The translations under genes were made by a program, and so were the position numbers. Below, in pieces: positions 23,833-32,200 of a DNA stretch of 64,000 bases (position 1 is its first letter; the number at the start of each line of letters is the position of its first letter). The notes under the pieces were generated by a model that was not told the DNA's origin, ran no database searches, and saw only the letters and a program-made list of their open reading frames with translations. This DNA comes from Acidimicrobiales bacterium (lineage in GTDB: Bacteria; Actinomycetota; Acidimicrobiia; Acidimicrobiales; SZUA-35), in assembly GCA_965263455.1 (NCBI GenBank), contig CBDHHN010000002.1:262938-326937 (forward strand), given 5' to 3'.

Positions 23833-25638
23833 TCAGCGAAGCTGGCTCCAGGCCTCGGCCGCCCGGTTGAGCTGGGCGTCGATGATGGCCAGGCCGCCGT
23901 CCCAGAACCCGGGGTCGTTGAGATCGATGCCCACGATGGCGCCGATCTCGTCGGGGGCCAGCGAGCCACCGGCGGACAGCATCTCCAGATAGGCGGGCAC
24001 GAAGTCCGCCCCCTCGGCCTCGTACCGGGCGTAGACCGATAAGGCCAGAAGCTGGCCGTAGGCGTAGGCGTACACGTAGCCGGGGGTGCCGATGAAGTGC
24101 GGGATGTACGACCACCAGGTGGCGTAGTCGTCGGTCAGCTCGACCGAGTCGCCCATCATGTCGGTCTGGGTCCCGATCCACAGCTCGCCGAACCGTTCGA
24201 CCGACAGCTCACCCTCGGTGCGGCGGGCGGTGTGGCACGCGTCCTCGAACCGGTTCATGGCCACCTGCCGGAACACGGTGGCGATGGCGTCGTCGATGGT
24301 CGAGGCCAGCAGGGCGAACCGCTCGGACGGGTCCTCGATGATCGACAACAACCGGTTGTTGGTCACCGTCTCCCCGAAGACCGACGCCGTCTCGGCCAGG
24401 GTCAGGGGCGTGGTCTGGTGGAAGATGCCCTGGTCGGCCGCCAGGTACCCGTGGATGCCGTGACCGAGCTCGTGGGCCAAGGTCAGCACGTCACGGGACC
24501 GGGAGGTCCAGTTCAACAGCAGGTAGGGATGGTGGCCGGGCACCGTGTAGGCGCAAAAAGCACCGGGCTGCTTGCCCGGTTGGACCGGGGCGTGGATCCA
24601 GCCCTCGTCGATGAAGCGGCCGACGACGTCGGCCAGCTCGGGGGAGAACGAGCCGTAGGCGTCACGGACGATGCCGGTGGCCTCGGCCCAGCCGATCTCC
24701 TGCTCGCCTGCGGCCACGGCCGCCATCCGGTCGTAGTCGGCGATCCGGTCCACCCCGAGAACCTCGGCCTTCAGGGTGTACCACCGCTGAGGAATGTCGT
24801 AACGACCGACCACGGCCGCAACCAGGGCCTCGACCGAGGCGTCGGAGGCCTCGTTCGACAGGTTGCGGGACGAGATCCACGTCGGAAACGAACGCAGCCG
24901 GTCGTCGATCGACTTCTCCAGCATCAGCGTGTTGTAGATGTAGCCCCGCGTCCGCAGCCCCGGGGCCAGACCGTCGGTGACGGCGGCGGCCGCGGCCCGG
25001 CGCACCTCCCGGTCGGGATGGCCCAGGCGGCTCAGGCCCGCCTCCAGGCTCTCGGTGGTCGGCTCACCGTCGCCCTCGATCGGCGCCAGGTTCACCTCGA
25101 TGGCCGAGGTCTGCTCGTTGAACAGGCGGACCCACGACGAGGCCCGGGGGCCCGAGGTCTCGACCAGCACCGTCTCCTCCGCCTCGCTCAGCAGGTAGGG
25201 CCGGGTCAGGCGGGTCGTCTGGAGGTGGTGGCGGCAGAAGGCCAGGCGCTCGTCGTCGATCAGGGACGCCACGTGTTCATCCGTGGCGGCGGCGAACTCC
25301 AGCTCGATGAACACCAGCTTGGCCGCCAAACTGGTGCCGGCCTCCTGGATCTGCTGCATCTCGGCCCCCCGCTGGGGGTCGAGATTGTCTTCGCTGAAGC
25401 GGAGCATGCCGTAGTGGCCGGCCCGGCTGGCCAGTTCGTTGATGGTGGCGACCCGGCCCATCAGGGTGGCCAGTTCGCCGGCGTCGAGGGTGGCCACCCG
25501 ACCCCGGTAGGCCTCCAGTTCGCCGGCCAGGGTGTCGGCCCGATCCATCAGCTCCTGGGCCGAGGCCGCCCCGTCGAGCAGAGGCTGCAGGTCCCACAGG
25601 ACGTCGGTGGCCTTGAGATCGGCGTCGGTGACGGTCAT
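23833..25638 (-). CDS. pepF: M3 family oligoendopeptidase F.
   Basis: It is 601 aa with the zinc motif HELGHGIH and M3B-like overall organisation. Confidence 0.85.
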   Translation of the reverse strand: MTVTDADLKATDVLWDLQPLLDGAASAQELMDRADTLAGELEAYRGRVATLDAGELATLMGRVATINELASRAGHYGMLRFSEDNLDPQRGAEMQQIQEAGTSLAAKLVFIELEFAAATDEHVASLIDDERLAFCRHHLQTTRLTRPYLLSEAEETVLVETSGPRASSWVRLFNEQTSAIEVNLAPIEGDGEPTTESLEAGLSRLGHPDREVRRAAAAAVTDGLAPGLRTRGYIYNTLMLEKSIDDRLRSFPTWISSRNLSNEASDASVEALVAAVVGRYDIPQRWYTLKAEVLGVDRIADYDRMAAVAAGEQEIGWAEATGIVRDAYGSFSPELADVVGRFIDEGWIHAPVQPGKQPGAFCAYTVPGHHPYLLLNWTSRSRDVLTLAHELGHGIHGYLAADQGIFHQTTPLTLAETASVFGETVTNNRLLSIIEDPSERFALLASTIDDAIATVFRQVAMNRFEDACHTARRTEGELSVERFGELWIGTQTDMMGDSVELTDDYATWWSYIPHFIGTPGYVYAYAYGQLLALSVYARYEAEGADFVPAYLEMLSAGGSLAPDEIGAIVGIDLNDPGFWDGGLAIIDAQLNRAAEAWSQLR

Positions 25639-25737
25639 CGTCGACTCCTCGGTTTTCGGTGGTTGGCGGTTGCGGGTTTGGGAGCCGATCTTGGCACCTG
25701 GCGGGCGACGGACCGGGATCGGGGCCGGCCCCGGACC

Positions 25738-28125
25738 TCAGCGCAGTTCGGCCCGGTGGGCCTTGGCCACGGCGTCGATGCAGCGCTGGCGAACCTCGGC
25801 CACCTCGGCGTCGGTCAAGGTCCGGTCGTCGGCCTGGAACCGGAGGTTGAAGGCCACCGACCGGGTTCCCTCGGCCAGCTGGCCCCCCCGGAACACGTCG
25901 AACAGGCGCACCCGCTGCAGCAGCGGCTTGCCCGCCTTGTGCAGGGTCCGCACCACATCGGTGGCGGCCACGTCGTCGGCCAGGGCGAAGGCGAGGTCGA
26001 CATCGCTCGACGGGTAGCGGGAGATCGGGGCCAGTCTCGGTACCCGGCTCATGGCCTCGACCATGGGACCGACCTCGAGCTGGAACCAGGCCACCCGCCC
26101 GTCGACCCCGTAGGCCTCGAGCACGCCGGGGTCGACCTCCCCCACCTCGCCCAGGGTCCGCCCCCGGAACCGGACCTCGGCCGAACGGGTGGGATGGAGC
26201 CCGGCTCGGGGGGCGTTGGCCACCTGCACGTCCTGGAGACCGAGGGCGGCGGCCAGCCGGTACAACTCGGTGACGGCGACCCGGGCCGCCTCGTCGCCCG
26301 GCGTCAGACCGGAATGGACGATGGCCACCCGCTCCCGCTCATCGGGCAGGTCGTCCTGGGAGGGGAGGTAGACCTTGCCCAGCTCATAGAGCTTGAGGGC
26401 GTCGGCCCGGTGGGCCTGGTTGTAGGCGATCGTCTTGAGCAGTCCGGGCAGGAGCGAGGTCCGCAGGATCGACTCCTCTGACACCAGGGGGTTGACGAGC
26501 GAGATGCCGTCGTCGCCGAGACCGGCCCGGGCCAGGTCGCCGGGCGCCAGGAACGGCATCGGCATGGCCTCGTCGTGACCGGCCCCGAGCAGGGCTCGCC
26601 GGATGCGACGGCGGCTGACCTGGGTCGGGGTCAGGGCCCCGGCCTGGGTCGGGGTCGGCACCCGCTTGCCCGACTTGTCGTAGCCGTGGTGGCGGCCCAC
26701 CTCTTCGATCACGTCGATCTCGAGCGAGCTGTCGGGCCGCCACGACGGCACGGTGACCGTGAGCACCTCGGCCCCGTCCCGGCCCGACGGGTTGACCGTG
26801 TCGGTGACGGTGAAACCGATGGGATCGAGCAGACCGCCGATGGTGGCGGCGTCGAGTCCGGTGTTGAGCATGGCGTTGACCCGGGGAACCCGGACCTCGA
26901 CGGCGGGGGGCAGGGTGAGATCGCCATCGACCACGACGGTCCCGGTGGCCACCTCGGCTCCGCAGATCTCGACCGCCAGCTGGGCGAAGCGGTCCAGGGC
27001 CCGCTCCACCCCCTCGGGATCGACCCCGCGCTCGTAGCGGGTCGAGGCCTCCGACCGCAGGTTGAGGCGGCGGGAGGTCTTGGCGATCGTCATCCGGTCC
27101 CAGATGGCCGCCTCGAGCAGGACGTTGGTGGTGGCGTCGCTGATCTCGGTCGAGGCCCCACCCATGACGCCGGCCAGGCCGATGGGCTCATCGGCCGAGT
27201 TGACGATGACCCCGTCGACCTCGGTCAGGGACCGCTTGGCGTCATCGAGGGTGGTGAGCGTCTCCCCCTCACGGGCCATCCGCACCCCGAGCGCCCCGTC
27301 GGGGACGAGGTCGAGATCGTAGGTGTGGTTGGGCTGGCCCAGTTCCAGCATCACGTAGTTCGAGATGTCGACCACGGAGTTGATCGAACGGACTCCGGCC
27401 GCCGTGAGTCGCCGCACCATCCAGTCGGGAGACGGGCCGACGGTCAGGTTGCGCAGGACCCGGAGCCCGAACCGGGCGCAGAACTCGGGGGCCTCGATAG
27501 CGACCGAGGCAACGTCGGCGGTGGCCGGGCCGGCCTGGTCGAGGTCCGGGGCGGGGATGGTGCAGGGCACGCCGAGGCGCGCCGCCAGGTCGCGGGTGAC
27601 ACCGAGGACCGACAGGGCATCGGGCCGGTTGCCCTCGATGTCGAGGCCGAACACGATGTCGGTGGTGGCGCCGAGTGCCTCGGCCAGCGTCGTGCCCACC
27701 GTGAGGCCAGGGTCGAGGATCTCGATGCCGTCGCCGTCGGTCCCCAGCTCGAGCTCGGCGGCCGAACACAGCATGCCGTTCGACCACTCGCCCCGCAGCT
27801 TGCGGCGGGCGATCTCGAGGCCGTTGGGCATGACGGTCCCGAGCGTGGCCAGGGGGACGAGGTCACCGACCGACATGTTGAACGCCCCGCAACAGATCTG
27901 CAGCGGCTCACCGTCACCGGTGTCGACCTGTACGAGCTGGATCCGGTCGGCTTCGGGGTGGGGGCCGAGCTCCAGGATCCTGGCCACGATCACGCCGTCC
28001 CAGGTGTTGCCGACGACGTCGACGCTCTCCACCACCATGCCCAGGTCGGTCATGGTCCGGGCCAGGCTCTCGGGCTCGCCCTCGATGGGGGCGAACTCAC
28101 GCATCCACGACAGTAGAACCTTCAC
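25738..28125 (-). CDS. pheT: Phenylalanine--tRNA ligase beta subunit.
   Basis: It is 795 aa with an MKVLLSWMREF N-terminus, tRNA-binding, B3/4 and B5 regions and a C-terminal FDX-ACB domain. It lies downstream of pheS. Confidence 0.95.
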   Translation of the reverse strand: MKVLLSWMREFAPIEGEPESLARTMTDLGMVVESVDVVGNTWDGVIVARILELGPHPEADRIQLVQVDTGDGEPLQICCGAFNMSVGDLVPLATLGTVMPNGLEIARRKLRGEWSNGMLCSAAELELGTDGDGIEILDPGLTVGTTLAEALGATTDIVFGLDIEGNRPDALSVLGVTRDLAARLGVPCTIPAPDLDQAGPATADVASVAIEAPEFCARFGLRVLRNLTVGPSPDWMVRRLTAAGVRSINSVVDISNYVMLELGQPNHTYDLDLVPDGALGVRMAREGETLTTLDDAKRSLTEVDGVIVNSADEPIGLAGVMGGASTEISDATTNVLLEAAIWDRMTIAKTSRRLNLRSEASTRYERGVDPEGVERALDRFAQLAVEICGAEVATGTVVVDGDLTLPPAVEVRVPRVNAMLNTGLDAATIGGLLDPIGFTVTDTVNPSGRDGAEVLTVTVPSWRPDSSLEIDVIEEVGRHHGYDKSGKRVPTPTQAGALTPTQVSRRRIRRALLGAGHDEAMPMPFLAPGDLARAGLGDDGISLVNPLVSEESILRTSLLPGLLKTIAYNQAHRADALKLYELGKVYLPSQDDLPDERERVAIVHSGLTPGDEAARVAVTELYRLAAALGLQDVQVANAPRAGLHPTRSAEVRFRGRTLGEVGEVDPGVLEAYGVDGRVAWFQLEVGPMVEAMSRVPRLAPISRYPSSDVDLAFALADDVAATDVVRTLHKAGKPLLQRVRLFDVFRGGQLAEGTRSVAFNLRFQADDRTLTDAEVAEVRQRCIDAVAKAHRAELR

Positions 28126-28171
28126 GTCACTTCCTCGGGGCGTCTCGTACGGGCGGGCGGGTCGGGGCGGG

Positions 28172-29170
28172 TCAGAACTGGACCATGATGCGGGCGTCGT
28201 TGCTCATGAGCTCCCGCAGGTCGTCGAAGCCGAACTTGAGCTGGGCCAGGCGGTCGATGCCGAAGCCGAAGGCGAAGCCCGACCACTCCTCGGGGTCGAT
28301 GCCGCCGGCGGTCAACACGTTGGGGTGCACCATCCCGCACCCGCCGAGCTCCAGCCACGACCCGTCGGGGCGCTGCACGTCGAACTCGGCCGACGGCTCG
28401 GTGAAGGGGAAGTAGTTGGGACGGAGCCGGGAACTGAAGCCGGGCCCGAAGTAGGCCTCGGTGAAGGCCTCGATCGTCCCGGCCAGGTCGGCCAGCGAGA
28501 TGCCCTTGTCGATGACCAGACCCTCGATCTGGTGGAACACCGGGAGGTGGGTGGCGTCGGCCGTGTCGCGCCGAAACACCCGCCCCGGGGCCACGATGTA
28601 GATCGGGGGCTCCTGGGCCAGCATGGTCCGGATCTGGACCGGCGAGGTGTGGGTCCTGAGCAGGGTTGAACCGGGCGCCCCGTGGTTGACGTAGATGGTG
28701 TCGAAGCCGTCGCGGGCCGGGTGGCCGGGCGGGATGTTGAGGGCGTCGAAGTTGTGCCAGTCGGTCTCGACCTCGGGCCCCTCGGCCACCCGGAAGCCCA
28801 TGCCGACGAACACGTCCTCCAGCAACTCCCAGGTCTGGGTGACCACGTTGGCGTGGCCCACGGCGACCTCGGTCGGGACCTCGGTCAGGTCGAGGTGCTC
28901 GCCCTGGAGCTGGACCGCACGCTCGGCCCGGACCAACTCGTCCCGGCGACTGTCGAGGGCGGCCTCGACCCGCCGCCGGGCCTCGTTCAGGGCCCGGCCG
29001 GCCTCCTTGCGGTCCTCGGGGGCCAGGTTCCCCAGCTCCCGCTTGGCTGTGGTCAGGGGTGCCCCCTTGCCCAGAGTCGAGGTCTCGACCCCCTTCAGGT
29101 CCTCGGCGGTGGCGGCGGAGCCCACCGCGGCCAATGCCTCGGCCTCCAGTTCTTCGAGCGTTCCCAACAT
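28172..29170 (-). CDS. pheS: Phenylalanine--tRNA ligase alpha subunit.
   Basis: The start is the ATG at 29170 (MLGTLEELEAEAL). Class II motifs are present: FDALNIPPGHPARD, RTHTSPVQIR and GFAFGFGIDRLA. Confidence 0.95.
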   Translation of the reverse strand: MLGTLEELEAEALAAVGSAATAEDLKGVETSTLGKGAPLTTAKRELGNLAPEDRKEAGRALNEARRRVEAALDSRRDELVRAERAVQLQGEHLDLTEVPTEVAVGHANVVTQTWELLEDVFVGMGFRVAEGPEVETDWHNFDALNIPPGHPARDGFDTIYVNHGAPGSTLLRTHTSPVQIRTMLAQEPPIYIVAPGRVFRRDTADATHLPVFHQIEGLVIDKGISLADLAGTIEAFTEAYFGPGFSSRLRPNYFPFTEPSAEFDVQRPDGSWLELGGCGMVHPNVLTAGGIDPEEWSGFAFGFGIDRLAQLKFGFDDLRELMSNDARIMVQF

Positions 29171-29208
29171 CGCATCCAACCTGTCGGCTCTGGCGGAAAG
29201 CGTCCAGC

Positions 29209-30111
29209 CTATTTCGCCCCGGGGCGATCCCCTGCCCCGTCGTCGGCCCGTCGCTGGCGCGCCGCCTCGAAGCACAGGACCCCGGCGGCCACGGCCAGAT
29301 TGAGCGACTCGGTCGGCCCGGCCAGTGGGATGGTGACGGTGCCGTCGGCCGCCGCCACCACCTCGGGGGCCAGCCCGTGGGCCTCGCTGCCCAGCACCAG
29401 GGCGGCCCGACGCAGGTCGGCGCCGTCATGGGTCGGGGCGCCCGGGTCCACCACGGTGGCCAACACCGGCCGCCCGGTGTCGGCGGCCAGGGCCAGGGCC
29501 GCCTCGACACCGGCCTCGACCACCACCGGGAGGCGGAGGAAGGCCCCGGCCGCGGCCCGGACCACCTTGGGATTGGTCACGTCGACCGCGGCACCGGCCA
29601 CCACCACCCCGGCGGCGCCCGCCGCCTCGGCGCTGCGGATGACGGTGCCCACGTTGCCGGGGTCGGCCGGCTCGACGAGGATCACCAGGGGCCCGTCGGG
29701 GCCCAGGGACGAGGCCGGGGCGGTGGCGCCGGCCATGACGGCGACCACCGGCTGGGGGGTTCGGGTGTCGAGGGTCGAGCCGAGAACGCCGGGGGCCACA
29801 TCGATGATCTCGATCCCCCGATCCCGGGCCGCGGCCAGCACCGCCTCCAGGGGCGGCGGGCGGTAGTCGACCTCCACCAGGACCGACTCGACCGCCAGGT
29901 CGGGCCGCAGGGTGGGGCCGGCCACGGCCTCGGCCACCAGGGCCGGTCCCTCCACGACGAAGGCCCGCTCCTGGGAGCGGGCCTTTCGTTGGGCGATCAG
30001 GCGCCGGAGCCGCTTGATGCGGGGGTTGCCGGCGGCGATGCCGCCCCTCCCCCGCTCCGCTCCGGGACCGGCCGACGGTCGGGGCCGATCAGGCGGCGTC
30101 GGCCGACCCAT
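29209..30111 (-). CDS. TrmH/SpoU family RNA 2'-O-methyltransferase (at the position of mycobacterial tsnR).
   Basis: SpoU motifs are present ([40 protein letters not shown]). It sits between rplT and pheS. The ATG at 30111 overlaps the rplT 3' end by 23 nt, so the start is uncertain. Confidence 0.8.
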   Translation of the reverse strand: MGRPTPPDRPRPSAGPGAERGRGGIAAGNPRIKRLRRLIAQRKARSQERAFVVEGPALVAEAVAGPTLRPDLAVESVLVEVDYRPPPLEAVLAAARDRGIEIIDVAPGVLGSTLDTRTPQPVVAVMAGATAPASSLGPDGPLVILVEPADPGNVGTVIRSAEAAGAAGVVVAGAAVDVTNPKVVRAAAGAFLRLPVVVEAGVEAALALAADTGRPVLATVVDPGAPTHDGADLRRAALVLGSEAHGLAPEVVAAADGTVTIPLAGPTESLNLAVAAGVLCFEAARQRRADDGAGDRPGAK

Positions 30112-30451
30112 TGGCCACCTGGACCAGGGCGGCGAACGCGTCCGGGTCGGTCACGGCAAGGTCGGCCAGGACCTTGCGGTCGACCTCGACCCCGGCCAGC
30201 TTCAGGCCGTTGATGAACCGGCTGTAGGACGTGCCGTTGGCCCGGCAGGCGGCATTGATGCGCTGGATCCACAGGCGGCGGAACTCGCCCTTGCGGGCCC
30301 GGCGGTCCCGAAAGGCGTAGTTGCCGGAGTGCATCACCTGTTCGTTGGCGCCCCGGAAGGTACGGCTCTTGTTGCCGTAGTAGCCCTTGGCCTTGTCCAG
30401 CGTCGCCTTCCGCTTCTTCTTGGCGTGGACGCCACGCTTCACTCGTGCCAT
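30089..30451 (-). CDS. rplT: 50S ribosomal protein L20.
   Basis: [39 protein letters not shown]... is a typical L20 sequence. Confidence 0.97.
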   Translation of the reverse strand: MARVKRGVHAKKKRKATLDKAKGYYGNKSRTFRGANEQVMHSGNYAFRDRRARKGEFRRLWIQRINAACRANGTSYSRFINGLKLAGVEVDRKVLADLAVTDPDAFAALVQVANGSADAA

Positions 30452-30496
30452 CGGAGATTCTCCTGTTCTTCGTTCTGGTCTGGCTCGGGACGGAGG

Positions 30497-30691
30497 TCAG
30501 CTCGACAGCATCTGGTTGACCCGTGCCTCATCGGCCGGGGTCAGCACCTTCGAACCCCGCAGGCGACGCTTGCGGCGGCTGGACTTCTTCTCCAGGAAGT
30601 GGTTCAGGTTCTTGGACCGGCGCTTGATCTTGCCGGAGCCGGTCTTCTTGAACCGCTTCTTGGCTCCCTTGTGGGTCTTCATCTTGGACAT
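30497..30691 (-). CDS. rpmI: 50S ribosomal protein L35.
   Basis: From the ATG at 30691 the protein reads MSKMKTHKGAKKRFKKTGSGKIKRR... (64 aa). The ORF-track start further upstream is not L35-like. Confidence 0.95.
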   Translation of the reverse strand: MSKMKTHKGAKKRFKKTGSGKIKRRSKNLNHFLEKKSSRRKRRLRGSKVLTPADEARVNQMLSS

Positions 30692-30804
30692 GGCTCTTCT
30701 CCTGCGCTCGTGCGCCTGCGATGGGTCCGGGCGATGCCGTCCACAGCACCGCCCCGGACCCCCACCCACGACCGGGAGGGTGTCCGGGGCGGTGGTGGTC
30801 GTCT

Positions 30805-31443
30805 TCAGCTCTGGGCGGCGGCCTGGTCGGCGGCCTCGGGGGAGGCGGCCTCGCCGTCGCCGCCGGTCCCGTTGTCGGAACCTTCCGGCCGGGCGGGACG
30901 CTCGTCCCGCCGCTTCTTCGGCTTCTTCTTGCTGTCGGGGCCGAGCACCATCGTCATGTTGCGACCGTCGAGCCGGGGATAGGCCTCGACCTTGGCGTAC
31001 TCCTCGACCCGCTCGGCGATGTCGTCCAGGATCCTACGACCCAGCTCCGGATGGGTGACCTCGCGGCCCCGGAACATGATCGTGATCTTGACCTTGTTCC
31101 CTTCCTGGAGGAACTTCTCCACCTTCCGGGTCTTGGTCTCGAAGTCCCCGCCCGAGATCTTGGGCCGGTACTTCATCTCCTTGACGACGATGTTGCTCGC
31201 CTTCTTCTTCGACTCTTTCTGGCGCTGCGCCGCCTCGTACTTGTACTTGCCGTAGTCCATGATCCGGCAGACCGGCGGGTTGGCCTTGTCGGCCACCTCC
31301 ACCAGGTCGAGTTCCAGTTCACGGGCCAATGACAAGGCCTCGGGAATCGTCTTGATCCCCAGTTGGTCGCCGTTGGGCCCAATGACGCGGACCTCACGGG
31401 CGCGGATCCGATCATTGATCCGCGGCTCCGGCGGCGCAGCTAT
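30805..31443 (-). CDS. infC: Translation initiation factor IF-3, apparently starting at a non-canonical AUA codon.
   Basis: The ORF track starts at TTG 31335 (MSLARELELDLVEV). The in-frame upstream sequence reads AAPPEPRINDRIRAREVRVIGPNGDQLGIKTIPEAL, a typical IF-3 N-domain. That stretch has no in-frame ATG, GTG or TTG after the in-frame TGA at 31447-31449. The first near-cognate codon is ATA at 31441-31443, with GAGGGG 9 nt upstream. Confidence 0.85.
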   Translation of the reverse strand: MAAPPEPRINDRIRAREVRVIGPNGDQLGIKTIPEALSLARELELDLVEVADKANPPVCRIMDYGKYKYEAAQRQKESKKKASNIVVKEMKYRPKISGGDFETKTRKVEKFLQEGNKVKITIMFRGREVTHPELGRRILDDIAERVEEYAKVEAYPRLDGRNMTMVLGPDSKKKPKKRRDERPARPEGSDNGTGGDGEAASPEAADQAAAQS

Positions 31444-31670
31444 AGCCGATCACCCCTCATGCAGATGACTCTGTCTCCTTGTTCACACGGTTCGGACACC
31501 GAACAACGGCAAGGGATCGACTCCACACCTGAGCGCAGGTTGCGGACGAGTCATCGGACCCGGACGCATCGACATGGCCGGGTGGGGAGCGAGCCCTCTT
31601 GCTGTCGGTCAATCAAGGCTAACAGCAGCATGGGGAGATCCGCCTCCCGACGAAGGAGATCCTCGATACG

Positions 31671-32084
31671 GTGGCCGCCATGAGTTTGTGGACACCCGAC
31701 GGTGAACGCCGCATCCCACCCGCCGGAGACCCGGAACCGGAGGTCGCCATTCCCGGCGACGGTCCCCCGCTGAGCCCCGAGGACGAGGAGCGGGCCCGAG
31801 CCATGGCCCACGAACTGGCCGAGGCCCGGATCCGCCTGCTGGAGACCGAGGTGTCGACCGTACTGGCCAACCACGCCGCCGGAATCTACGAGCTGGCCGC
31901 CATCCATCTGACCGCCGACCAGCCCCAGCTGGAGGAGGCCCGGCTCGCCATCGACGCCCTGGCCGCCCTGGTGGAGAACCTGGAGGGCCGGCTGGGCGAA
32001 GGGGAATCGACCCTGCGGGACGCCCTGCACCAGATCCGCCTGGCCTTCGTCCAACGCTCCCAGGAGATGGGCCAGCCCAGCTGA
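31671..32084 (+). CDS. DUF1844-like protein.
   Basis: It is 137 aa. VLANHAAGIYELAAIHL...LEEARLAIDALAALVENLEGRLG resembles DUF1844 proteins, which are commonly found next to infC in actinobacteria. AAGGAG lies upstream of the GTG at 31671. Confidence 0.6.
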   Translation: MAAMSLWTPDGERRIPPAGDPEPEVAIPGDGPPLSPEDEERARAMAHELAEARIRLLETEVSTVLANHAAGIYELAAIHLTADQPQLEEARLAIDALAALVENLEGRLGEGESTLRDALHQIRLAFVQRSQEMGQPS

Positions 32085-32200
32085 CGATCGGGGCCCCAGG
32101 GCCCCCGGTCGACGCACTCCCCCGCCTCGGACCCCGTCTACGGCCCCACCTCGGAGGCTCCGGCGTCGGTCCCCGCGGTCGTAGGTGTTCCGACTTCGGC

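Noticed and set aside
25700-25730. GC-only palindromes, such as CGGGGCCGGCCCCG downstream of pheT and GGGGCCCCAGGGCCCCC at about 32091, considered as special elements.
   Set aside because: Short G/C-only palindromes are expected frequently at this base composition. They are plausibly weak terminator-like stems, but they lack U-tracts, so they were not called as features.
24097-26481. Large antisense ORFs, for example 24097..26481 (794 aa), 36039..38792 (917 aa), 14669..16207, 26575..28116, 45714..47342, 52234..53832 and 7806..8870.
   Set aside because: Each lies opposite a confidently identified housekeeping gene. The translations are G/R/P/V/D-rich with no recognisable motifs, as expected from the stop-codon-poor antisense frames of high-GC genes.
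31440-31460. A six-codon uORF (AUG AGG GGU GAU CGG CUA UAG) whose stop overlaps the AUA start of infC, which would suggest termination-reinitiation.
   Set aside because: The only SD-like element (AAGGAG) is 14 nt from the AUG, which is too far. The GAGGGG inside the uORF is well placed to drive direct initiation at AUA, which is the simpler explanation. This could still be tested by Ribo-seq.
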